64,000 nt of DNA from NCBI GenBank assembly GCA_964019335.1, contig OZ025709.1:372001-436000 (forward strand), written 5' to 3'. Position 1 is the first letter of the stretch; each line of letters opens with the position of its first letter. Below the pieces are notes generated by a model. That model had not been told where the DNA came from, did no database searches, and worked only from the letters and a program-made list of their open reading frames with translations. Shown here piece after piece: positions 1 to 10,727 of the stretch. The stretch is from Diplonema japonicum (taxonomy: Eukaryota; Protista; Euglenozoa: Diplonemea). Both the position numbers and the translations under genes were made by a program.

Positions 1-3000
1 TCACAAACATCGCAATTGAGCGTTCCCGCTGCTTTGTCCGTCCTCCCCCTACCCAGGTGGTCGGCTTCTTCCTCGCTCCCTTCACCTCGCTCCTCTTCAG
101 GTTCTTCAGGAGGGGAGAGTAAAACTTGTTTCGCATACGGGCTGAGGTACGGCACCGCCCCGGCGATTATCCTCCTCACCCGCCATGCTTCGAGCGGTCT
201 GCGTGCGCTGCACTTCATCCAGTAAGCGTTCGTTGCAGGGGCCGCGCCCATTCCAAGCCCGGCCATCGTGCTTCGTGCCTTCACAATACCCGATGTCCTC
301 ATCCTGCGCAGAGCCTCCCTGAGGTCGTGCCCAGGATTCTCCCCTCTGTGCCAGCTTGCCAGCCTTTCCCATTTCCACCCGATCGCCGGGAGCCACCTCA
401 GGAGCACATTTCCTACGACCCCCCTCGGCCTCACCTGCCCAGAAGTTCCGTACGCCTGTGCCAATTGCGTCCATGTTGCCATTGCCCCGTCCTGCCTCAG
501 CCAGCACCTCCTCAGCATCATCAAAGCACTGTACACTACGGCACACAGCGGGTCCACCCGGTGCGCTCGCGCCAGGATTGACAGTACCACGTCTGGAGAT
601 CTTCCTCTGTAGTGGGGGCCCCACAGGCATTTCACGATCGAGCCTTTAAGCTGACTGAGACTCCAGTCACTCGGCGGAGAGAAGCTCGAGCTGTATAGCA
701 GTCCCGGCATAATATGAGTTCTGATGAGACTCTCCTTCCTCTGAAAAGAGAGCTGGGTCGAAGCCAGCCTTTCCATTCTGTCTTGCAGTAACCGCGGCGT
801 CGTTCCAGCTCGTGCCACATGCTGTCGTGTTCAGCATAGTTCCCAAGGCCTTATGCTTGTCGACCTTGTTGAGCCTTACCTTCCTTCTTCTTCCGTCCAC
901 CTCACTACCGACGTGGATGATACACTTTCCGATGACCACCGTCTTCCGTATATTCAACTCCATGCCCGTTATCGTACAGAACTCCATGACACCGTCCGTC
1001 GCCGCTTGCAGTGCCTGCAGCTTAGCCAGCATGTAGGCGTCGTCCGCATAGGCTATCGTCACGAGGTCTCCACCGGCTTCCAGCGCCTTGAGCATGACCG
1101 CAATGAGCGCATTGATCATGATCACGGACAGCGGACACCCTTGCAGGATCCCATTGGTCACTCTGAAGGTTTCGCCCACCCCAAAGGGGTACTTGAACCG
1201 CCGTGTAATCTGTGAGTACATGCCCTCCATTGCGCACGCAACACCCGACTCGAGCCCAAGGCTCCGCATTAGCTCGAAGGTGAGCCGCTGCGGTACCAGG
1301 TCGAAGCATTTCGCAAAATCCAGAGCCACGCCCACCAGCTCCTTACCCCTCCAGCATCGCCTCTTCATACTGAGCTAGGAGGTCCAGTAGTGCCGTCTCT
1401 GTGCCCCGCCCCTTCCTGCGTTGCGCCATCCGTCGACTCCACACGCGCCCCTAGGACGCTTGCGGCTCAGCACCCCTGGAGCAGCCTCCCCGTAATCTCT
1501 GACCTCGGCATTTCCTGGTGCTGTATGTGTTCCTCGTACTTTTTCCTGAAATCGGAGAATTGCGGTTCTCGTCTTTCCGAGCAGAAGATCCCTTTCCACG
1601 CCTCCCTGAACACCTCGTCCATTTCTTGTGGGTTCGCCGTCACACCGTCCCCAGCGTCCACCGCCAGACCTCTCGCATTGCGTTCCCCGCAGCAGCGCCT
1701 TGAGGTGCCTCCTACCCTCGTCCAGGTTCGAGACAATCGTTCTCTCGTAGGCCTCAGCCCGGCTACACTTCTGTTCCGTGCAGAGCGCGGCAATCTGTCT
1801 CCCCGCCACGTCACGCACTTCAGCGATAGCTTCCTCGATGCTCTCCAAGGAGCCGTGCATGGGTACGGCGCAGTCAATACCTAGCTTCGCGCATCGTGCA
1901 TTGGCGTTCTTCAGGGTATTGTGGGTCACCTGCGGAAGTTGTCCTACGTGCCCTCTCCGAAGGTGGTCCTCAATCTGTCGCTGGGCAGCCTCTACGCACC
2001 GTTTCAGCTTCACCAGCTTCCTTTGTCGGTCGCACACCGCACCGACAATCTCTTCCGTAGCAGGTGGACACAGTTCCCTCAGCTTCGGCAACCTCGTCTC
2101 ACCCCTGCCAAGGTAAGCCCCCGCTGTGGTCCCTGCGAAACCCCGCATCAAATGCTCTTCTGCGAGTCTGGCCCATTCCCTGTAGGCCTCGTCCACCTGC
2201 CTATCCTGAATGCACCGCTCAAAGATGGAATCCGCCACGACGGCTCGGGGTCTTCCAGTATCTCCCTCGGGATCGAGTACTGCAGCACTGCCCGCCGGAT
2301 TCTCGTTGTCCCCAACTCCAGCGACAAGCACCTGTGGTCTGAGCCTTCCACGCCATCATGCACCCAACAGCGTATCAGAAACTGTGCAGCAAGGGGGTTC
2401 AGAAGCGCCCTATCGATCCGAGAATGGGAGTTAGTCCTCTTCAGAGTCGATTCGGGTGTCGCACCGCTCAACGCCGCACATGCAGCCGCCGCATCAACCC
2501 AGTCTGAGGCCAAAGCCTTTTCTAAGGTCGGCGACCGATCCTCCTCGCAGTTGAGGTCCCCAATCACCACGATCGGCACGTCTCCCAGCTCTATTCGCTT
2601 CCTGACCAGAATGTGATGCAGAAGTTGCTCCCGTTCCCTGGTTTGCACTGCCTCATTGCCAGCAGGACAGTAGACATTCAGCACATGAAGCCATCGTTTG
2701 CTGCCGTCCAATGATACCTTCGTGTGCACGCAGCGGTTCTTGTACGCTTCCAGCTCGTCCCCTGCGCTGCACCTCAGAGAGGCTCGGGGCCTCTTCACGA
2801 AGGTCGCGACCCCGCCCCTTTGTGCGACTGTAAGTGACACCACTCCACCGCCCACCCGGCCTGGTTGTGGTTTCCCCCAGTGTCTTTCGTAGGCCCTCCC
2901 CCACGCATCTCGCCCGAGAGAGAGTTCAATCTCCCGCTGTACCGTCGCCGTCAGTGCCGTCTCCTGTACACAGAACACATCGGGATCCAGTCCTTTGCAT

Positions 3001-4420
3001 TCCCCCATCCTGTTGTTGAAGGACGCGACGTTCAGGGAGGTGATGACGAGAGGCTCGTTCTTCGGTAATGTGGGCGGTGGGCTTCTGTTCCTCTTAACAC
3101 CCGTCTTTGCACCCGTCCCTGGTCTCGCACTCGCGGCTCTCTCCGCATCACGCGTTCCTCTCATCATAGCCGGCTTCGGACCTGTCTTGCGCTTGGGACC
3201 GGGGTGCGGATGAACCCCCTGCGTCACGAGTAAGTCAAAATCCTCCTCCCTCTCCGACTTACCCGTGCGCTTCGCGCTTCATTTGCCGAAACAGCGAGTG
3301 CACGCCCAGGTTATGCACCCCGCACACTTCCTCGCGAAGGTGTCCTTTTCCTTCTGCTCCTTGCAGACACCGCAGCACCACACCGCTCCCTTTCGCGCTC
3401 CCTTCTCTGGGAACCGGTGTTTGCACGTCCTCGCGTGTTCGGCCATCGTCCGCTGCTCCGGGGACTCGGGTTCGTCCTCGTCGTCCTCCGCATTTCGCCG
3501 GCCCCCAGTGCCTTGATGAAGACCGGTCTCCCATGTCCATCCCGCTGAATGGAGGCGGTGCCCCAGCTTTCAAGACAAACGTCCTTGCATTTCCCCTCAC
3601 GAATGTAGAGGCTACCTCGCACTGCCACCCGCCCGCACGGAAGGCACCTAACAGTGGCCCTACTCTAGAGGTAGGGTGCACACCAGGACACTCGGTTCAC
3701 ACTCCACACTCGGTTTGACCGCAGCGGCGATACCCTTGCGAAGGCTTGCGAAGTCCCCCATCCCCCCGAGCCTCGTTACCCTGAGGTACCTCATCCTGCG
3801 TTCCTCCCCAATTAGGACTGGGAGGGGGAGCTTCAGGTTCTCCTCCAGATGCGTGGCATCGCCGTCCACCACCAGCTTCTTCCTGGTGATCAACACCATC
3901 CCGCAGCCCAACTGCTCGCCCCTGCTCGCGAGCTCCCTGTGCTCATCCAGCCACAGGTCGTACGCCTTCTGCGCGCCTTCCTCACACACCATTACCCCCT
4001 CCCCCTTTGGCTCTGTGAGGACGGGGCAACGCCAATCTGCCGGGTCCAGGCTCACCGCGCCCATTACCTTCCTTGCTGGCACCTTCGCCCACTTCAACAA
4101 AGGCTTTGTCACTGTCTGCTTCGACGCCTGTTTTCCTTGCTTCGCTTGTTGCTGTTGCTATTCCCTTGTCCCTGCTGTTGACGCGGCTTCGTCTGTTGCT
4201 TCTTCTGTTGCAGTTGCTGTTTCACCTTCTCCTGTCCTTGCACCTGCTTCTGTCCTTGCACCTGCTGCTGTTCACCCTGTGTGCCTGTTCCTCCCTCCAT
4301 GATGTCCAGGGCCGTCTCCAACAGGAGGACGGCCGGCTCTTGCCACATGACACCCTTCTTCGCTAGTACCCTTGCCCTCATGATGATGGCAGTTACCATG
4401 TCCTTCAAATTTCCATCCAT
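1..4420 (-). mobile_element. Degenerate non-LTR retrotransposon (LINE) with ORF1-like region, apurinic endonuclease and reverse transcriptase; frameshifted, continues past the window start
   Basis: APE motifs in 2148..3227 (ITSLNV, FCVQET, VLNVYCP, VIGDLN, SRIDRAL, SDH). RT motifs in 667..1368 (LDFAKCFD, GILQGCPLS, YADD). Coding frame is split over several ORFs (4109..4420, 3660..4112, 3259..3681, 2148..3227, 1375..2331, 1467..1877, 667..1368). Confidence 0.9.
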
Positions 4421-4541
4421 TTTTATAAAGGGGAGAAAGTGTTTTTTTTTTTATTATTTTTTTTTTTTTTTATTATTTTTTGTGTTTATAAAGAAAAAAA
4501 AAAATATGGGTCACCTCTCCGCTAGTTGTCACAAAAAACTG

Positions 4542-5206
4542 CCCGCAAATGTACCCCTACGTTCTTCTTCTTTCAATCGATTGTTATATGTACTTATAAA
4601 ATATGAAATATAGCGCGCATTCGACGACACTGATCAAGCGACTGGCACCTTCCGAAGAAGGGCCTCCCACGTCCGCCGGGTTGAGCAGAGGATGCCCCGG
4701 GGCGGCCGTTCCAGTCTGATCATGTCGCACTATAATATATGTTCTCATCTCCAAGGAGAAAAGAGGTTTTTTGCCCTCGTAGCTCGCCGGGCCAGCACTC
4801 TTACTTGCGTAAGGTCTTCGTGGTTCTTGGGGGGTGGCGCTGTCCCACATTATGCCACTGCAGCGTGGTGAAGAACAGCCAGTCAGTGGCCACGAAGTAG
4901 TGATCCTTCAAGGCTCTCATATCTCCGTGCCGCGTGAACTGCTGCCGTCTCTCGACGTCCCTCTTCGCCTTCCAGCCTTCCGAGTCATACCTGGCCATGA
5001 TCCACGTCTTGTCAAAGTCCAGGATGAGGGCGAACCGGACAAACTTCATGTGAATCCCGAGTTCCTTCGCGGTTTTAGGCTCTTCGCCGAGCACGTGTTT
5101 GCAGACCCGTATCATGGCTTCTGGCGTCCACTCCCCTTCCGCTTCGACGATCCCGGCCGTCGCCAGTTTCGTGTGGGAGAGCTTATCTTCCCGCAAATGT
5201 ACCCCT
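4542..5206 (-). mobile_element. Probable truncated insertion with broken unknown ORF, bounded by a 17-bp direct repeat
   Basis: CCCGCAAATGTACCCCT at 4542-4558 and 5190-5206. Coding-like interior (4801..5196, 4584..4850) with no recognised domain. Short GAA repeats at the minus-strand 3' end. Confidence 0.4.
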
Positions 5207-5450
5207 TGTCATCCCTTTGTGCCCCTCGTGGTGAAGTAACTTTAGAGTGTCGTGAAATAAAACCACTTACCTACCGCCAAGTAATGCTTTACCGACCTCT
5301 CCAGGTAACGGTAAAGTCATTACTTGTTGACAGTAAACAGCTATTTTTTTCATTAGGGAACAAACCAAAACGTATTGTATGAAGCTAATCTTTGTATCAA
5401 AGGAAAGAATCGTAAAGAAAACTGTGCCAACAGAATAGATATGTATGTAA

Positions 5451-6356
5451 TCACCCCTCTCGGAGGGCATCCAGCACAACGGAAGAAAGGTTGAGCATCG
5501 TATTTAAATTGGTGGTTTCTAATTTTTCGCACCCTGACAAGAAGCCATGACCAATGGAAGAAACATTGTTCATCGCTTTCAAATCGATGGTTTCTAGGTT
5601 TTCGCACTCATACATGAAGCCTTCACCGATGGAAGAAAGGTTGGTCATCGCTTTCAAGTCGATGGTTGCTAGGTTTTCGCACCCTGACAAGAAGAAATTA
5701 CCAATGGAAGAAATATTGATCATCACTTTCAAATCGATGGTTTCTAGATTTTCGCACCTATCCAAGAAGCAATGACCAACGGAATCAATGTTGGTCATCG
5801 CTTTCAAATCGATGGTTTCCAGTTTTTTGCACCCTGACAAGAAGCCATGACCAATGGAAGAAACATTGGGGAGGATGAGATCAACAGACGTCAGGTGCTT
5901 GCAATCTAGAAGAAAAGCATCGTCTATACTTACAACACAGCCTGTGGGGTTGGTGACAATGAGGAACCGAAGTCCAGAAGGAAGGTCACTGCTGCTCATG
6001 GACAAGACTTCGACAGGTGGAGAGTCCCCCACCTCCACCACCAGAACCAGCTCAGGGTCAGCTGACACAAGCCCCTCAAGCTCCGAAACCACATCTGAGC
6101 TCTTAAGCTCCTCCAGCTGAACGGTTCTCATCTTCGCCTCCACATGGACCACGCTGCCCTCCACGAGCCCAAGTTCCTGAACTTCCTCACCCCCGTTCCT
6201 GTCCAGGACCTCTCCCTCCCAGACCAATTTGAACTTGCCTTCGAGTAAACCAGCAGCACACCCCGCCTTCTTGTACAGGATCCCAATTGTCTCCGTCCCT
6301 GCCACTTCCACATCGTGAACCCCAGCTTTCGTCTTCACAAACACTGTGATGCTCAT
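5451..6356 (-). CDS. Ubiquitin-like domain + BspA-like 25-aa leucine-rich-repeat protein, copy 1 (301 aa)
   Basis: N-terminal ubiquitin-like pattern (ITVFVKT...ETIGILYKK...KLVWEGEVL...LGLVEGSVVHV). Repeats CxxLETIDLKxMxNxSSIGxxFLxx. Intact ATG..TGA. Confidence 0.85.
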   Translation of the reverse strand: MSITVFVKTKAGVHDVEVAGTETIGILYKKAGCAAGLLEGKFKLVWEGEVLDRNGGEEVQELGLVEGSVVHVEAKMRTVQLEELKSSDVVSELEGLVSADPELVLVVEVGDSPPVEVLSMSSSDLPSGLRFLIVTNPTGCVVSIDDAFLLDCKHLTSVDLILPNVSSIGHGFLSGCKKLETIDLKAMTNIDSVGHCFLDRCENLETIDLKVMINISSIGNFFLSGCENLATIDLKAMTNLSSIGEGFMYECENLETIDLKAMNNVSSIGHGFLSGCEKLETTNLNTMLNLSSVVLDALREG

Positions 6357-6899
6357 TTTTTCTTTTTTTTTCCTCTTCTTCTTCTCTTCTTCAATCCTCG
6401 ATCCCTCCCCCCACTTGAGATTTTATTTGAGGAAACTCTGCCCCCCCCCTCAGGCATAAAGTGCATCATTCGAGAAGCAGTATTGGCGGCCACCCATTGC
6501 ATGACCGGGCAACACATTACTGGGCATTATTAGATTTTATACATTTTATAAAAAACACGGGATAACACCCAAGGGACTGCAAAATAGCGCAGCCTGAAAA
6601 CAGTGCAGAAGTACCTAGTGAATATGCTGATGCTGGCTGATGCAACGAAGAAGATGGGGAATGTTTGTTTTTTTTGGGGGGGGGGAGAAACTTAGCATGC
6701 AGTGTAAATAACAAAAGAAACAAGGGGAGAGGGGAAAGGGGGAGTTCAAAAGGAAAGAGATTACACTATTAATGTGGACCGTTGTTTGTGCAAGACGTCT
6801 TCACCTACACGGGCAAGCTGCCTTTACTCTTTTTTGCAATAACAATTCTTTTCAAAGTTTGTATTTTTGTTCCAACAAAAAAAAACTCATATTAAAAGA

Positions 6900-7340
6900 C
6901 AACCCCACTGGAGGACAGCCTCTTGTGGTGTGAGTTCCTATCTATCAATGCTCCCCTTCTGGAGCATAGCCATGCTTTTCGTAGTTTCGACGCGGTCTTT
7001 CTTGTATGTCCCTTTCAACTCCTGTAGCTTTTGCGCTGTCTGTCTTGATGCGAAGATCGGTCTCCTGTTGAAGACTAATGCAGCCTTACCTCCGATCGCT
7101 GTGAGCGACTTGACCCTCTTGGTCCCGTCCGCAGGGAAGGGGCGCTCTTATCCGTCTCGTTCTGCACACTGAGTTGGCTCTCTCCACCAACAGCTTGATT
7201 CTGCGTGCCTTCCCCTGCATGCTGTAGACTCCCAGCGACTTACCGGTCGTCTCCTTGAAGTTGAGTCTGCAAGTTCAGCTGCCGAAACCTCCGAGTCGGT
7301 GTCGCCTGCTCTCTACCAGTGCCAGCTCTAGCTTCGTGCA
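6900..7340 (-). pseudogene. Decayed coding fragment, possibly a LINE post-RT relic
   Basis: Complex coding-like sequence with stops and frameshifts (KSLGVYS...RIKLLVER; KRVKSLTAIGG). No diagnostic motif. Confidence 0.25.
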
Positions 7341-7498
7341 AAAAAAGAATTTATTTTAAAATTCCCTTTTTTCTTGTTCTCACTTTTTTTTTTTTTTTTT
7401 TCTTATTTGGGGTAATTCACTTGGTCAAAAAAAAGTACTGAAATTCACTTACAACTCAAAAGGAAAAAAAAAAAATATATATATATATATATATGAGT

Positions 7499-7780
7499 TA
7501 AAGGAGGCCGGTGTTGGCGGCGCCCTGCACAAGAACTGTCTACTTGATTACACGCGCCGCGGCCGAGTTGTAGCTTCTTCTGCGTTCCGCGTCGTGTCCT
7601 TAATGCGTGCGGTATACAGCTCAACCCCAGTCGGTGCGTCCCGGGTAACCAAGATTCTGCGCTCGTGCAGTTTGCTGCCTGTTCGTCACCCTGAGCATCT
7701 GCATTAAGTTCTTCCACTCGGGCGCTACCGGTGATGACCGACGAGGAGGTCAACAGCGAACAACACATCTGATGTACTTC
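7499..7780 (-). mobile_element. Short non-coding dispersed element, family A, 5'-truncated copy with HDV-like ribozyme core lacking the 5' strand of P1
   Basis: 7541-7780 is near-identical to 19661-19902. Retains ACC-UCCUCGUC-GGU, CAUCACC-GG, P4 and ACGAA. Confidence 0.8.
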
Positions 7781-7804
7781 AAAAAAAAAAAAATAATAAT
7801 AATA

Positions 7805-9377
7805 CTGTAAAACGAATAATGTCGGACGGAAAAACTCCCGGACACCAAAAAAACCCGGACATTTTTCCGTCCGGGAGTTTTTCTGGGAAGAAGTTTTTTT
7901 ACTTAAGGGGGGGTAGCAGCTCCCACCACGTTTGCCTGGAAGGGCTTTATTCCTTGTGCAGAGCCAAAATGTTTACCCTGCGTGGCAGTTTGAATTTTTC
8001 TTCCCCTTTCAATGCACCAACAAACAGCACCCACGGGATCTTTAACTTCTCATAAACCCGTACTTCTTTCGTCAAATTAACCAGTTCGACTACCCAAGGC
8101 ACGTTGAGCAGCTGGCTTGTGAGGGGCCCAACTTTGGTGCTGACACCCCCGGCCAGCTCACCCCCGAGAGGTGGAGGAGATAAACTCCTTACACCGGGCC
8201 GAGAAGGCCAGTACAAACCCCCGAAAGCAGCTTGGCGGCCTCTGCCTCGGTCAGAAGACGGCAGCAACAGGTTCAACAGAGCCCCCAGTTTCTTCCAGAC
8301 GGAAATACTGGACGTTGCTATTCACCCTACCACACCCTGGCCGCCGCGACGCCGTGATAGCAGCGTATCGCCCAATACGGGATTTAGCATCCTTCGGGGG
8401 CTGAAAGGTTTTTGCTTGAGTCGATAGGTAAAACGGGCTTGGCGAGCTTATCCCAGCACAACAAATATGCACCTATGCAGAAGGGCTGCTGCACGCCAAT
8501 CCAGCCCGAAAGACAAACCTGGCAGACTTTGGTGGAGCACTGTCCTTTTCCACTGACTAGGCTGACAAAACTTTGCAGCAAGAAAGACAAAAGCCGCAAG
8601 CCACCTCCGGAAAGCCCGGAAACGAGAAGGACAACGAGAGGGCACGCTGTTTCACCATGGAATTCAGGTCCATAATCGACACCCATAAAGTGTCCGTGGC
8701 TTGGGGGACAAAACGGGCTATAACCGAACAGTTGGCTGTTCCTTGGCTGGATGGGTTGCAACTTAAATACAAAGGCAAAGCGGAAACGCAACCGGCAGGG
8801 ATTATCCGTGCCCCGGTCAAGCACCTGCCCGTCGAATGGAGCCTAACGGCATCGCCCAATCATTGGGCTAATTATGATACTCGGTATCTGGGTTACGGAG
8901 CTGTTTCTTCCTTTTTGCTATAAATCATTGATTCCCATGGTTTTGCCGAACGGGCCGATTCTGCTGCTTGTCGGCGACCACAACTCTCACACGACCTATG
9001 CCTATGGGTTCGTAGAGTGGTTCGCAGGCGTAAACGTGCACATTGCTTTTGTCCCCCTGGGCTCACCTACATGGTTCAACCGATGGATATTGGGTTGAAC
9101 GCAGCTGTAAAGCATCTATTAAGAAAGGTAGTAGGCCACACGAAGGCTCGACAAGCTGATTGCCTCAGGGGTAGCAAGGGGGGACAAAGATGCAGAAAGG
9201 GAACCCTGGGGGTTTCTTCGCGCGGTTGCCGTTTGCAGCCCAGGCCAGTATAGTATGTAGGTAGTAGTGGACCAGGCACCCTGACGGCCTTACCTAAAAA
9301 AAACTCCCGGACGGAAAAACTCCCGGACGCCAAAAAAACTCGGACATTTTTCCGTCCGGGAGTTTTTCGTTTTACAG
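7805..9377 (+). mobile_element. Degenerate pogo/Tigger-like (Tc1/mariner superfamily) DNA transposon
   Basis: TA at 7803-04 and 9378-79. TIRs CTGTAAAACGAA...TTCGTTTTACAG with internal CCGGAC repeats. Broken DDE transposase motifs LLLVGDHNSH and PPGLTYMVQPMDIGLNAAVK. Confidence 0.85.
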
Positions 9378-9567
9378 TAATAATAAAAAAAATAAAAAAG
9401 AAGGGGAAAAAAATTTTTTATCAGCCTTTAAGCTGTAAAAACTATCATCTCCTCTCATATTCGCTACATCTCTATTCCCTGTACTTTTACTTTAACTTAC
9501 ATTTGAAGAAGCGAATTACATCAGTTTGAAAGGGGTACAAGTTCTTTTCGGGGAAATAACTACTGGA

Positions 9568-10635
9568 TCACCCCTCTCGTCGGAGGGCCCTATTACCTCT
9601 TTTACCAATGAAAGAAAGATTGGTCATCGCATTCAAGTCGATGGTTTCACGTATTTTGCACCCTGCCAAGAAGAAATCACCAATGGAAGAAAGATTGGTC
9701 ATCGCTTTCAAGTCGATGGCTTCTAGGCTTTCGCACTCATACAAGAAGTAACCACCAATGGAATAAAGATTGGTCATCGCTTTCAAATCGATGGTTTCTA
9801 GGCTTTCGCACCCTGACAAGAAGAAACCACCAATGGAATTAAGATTGGTCATCGCTTTCAAGTCGATGGTTTCTAGGTTTTCGCACCCTGACAAGAAGCT
9901 ATCACCGATGGAAGAAACATTAACCATCGCTTTCAAATCGATGGTCTCCAGTTTTTTGCACTCTGACAAGAAGCAATCATCAATGGAAGAAATATTGGTC
10001 ATTGCTTTCAAGTCGATGGTTTCTAGGTTCTTGCACCCATACAGGAAGCAAACACCAATGGAAGAAATGTTGGTCATCGCTTTCAAATCGATGGTTTCTA
10101 GATTTTCGCACTCATCCAAGAAGCGATGACCAATGGAAGAAACATTGGGGAGGATGAGATCAACAGACGTCAGGTGCTTGCAATCTAGAAGAAAAGCATC
10201 GTCTATACTTACAACACAGCCTGTGGGGTTGGTGACAATGAGGAACCGAAGTCCAGAAGGAAGGTCACTGCTGCTCATGGACAAGACTTCGACAGGTGGA
10301 GAGTCCCCCACCTCCACCACCAGAACCAGCTCAGGGTCAGCTGACACAAGCCCCTCAAGCTCCGAAACCACATCTGAGCTCTTAAGCTCCTCCAGCTGAA
10401 CGGTTCTCATCTTCGCCTCCACATGGACCACGCTGCCCTCCACGAGCCCAAGTTCCTGAACTTCCTCACCCCCGTTCCTGTCCAGGACCTCTCCCTCCCA
10501 GACCAATTTGAACTTGCCTTCGAGTAAACCAGCAGCACACCCCGCCTTCTTGTACAGGATCCCAATTGTCTCCGTCCCTGCCACTTCCACATCGTGAACC
10601 CCAGCTTTCGTCTTCACAAACACTGTGATGCTCAT
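9568..10635 (-). CDS. Ubiquitin-like domain + BspA-like LRR protein, copy 2 (355 aa)
   Basis: Same N-terminus as copy 1 (ATG at 10635 after an A-rich run). Two more LRR units than copy 1 and a related C-terminus (ALRREG). Confidence 0.85.
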   Translation of the reverse strand: MSITVFVKTKAGVHDVEVAGTETIGILYKKAGCAAGLLEGKFKLVWEGEVLDRNGGEEVQELGLVEGSVVHVEAKMRTVQLEELKSSDVVSELEGLVSADPELVLVVEVGDSPPVEVLSMSSSDLPSGLRFLIVTNPTGCVVSIDDAFLLDCKHLTSVDLILPNVSSIGHRFLDECENLETIDLKAMTNISSIGVCFLYGCKNLETIDLKAMTNISSIDDCFLSECKKLETIDLKAMVNVSSIGDSFLSGCENLETIDLKAMTNLNSIGGFFLSGCESLETIDLKAMTNLYSIGGYFLYECESLEAIDLKAMTNLSSIGDFFLAGCKIRETIDLNAMTNLSFIGKRGNRALRREG

Positions 10636-10727
10636 TTTTTCTTTTTTTTTCTTCCTTCTCTTCTTCAATCCTCGACCCCCAACCTGAAATTTTATTTGAG
10701 GAAACTCTGCCCCCCCCCCCCCCCCCC

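Noticed and set aside
5500-10130. 75-nt periodic repeats as a CRISPR array or diversity-generating retroelement target
   Set aside because: They are coding LRR units. There is no repeat-spacer structure, no template repeat, no adenine-restricted variation, and the nearby RT is a LINE type.
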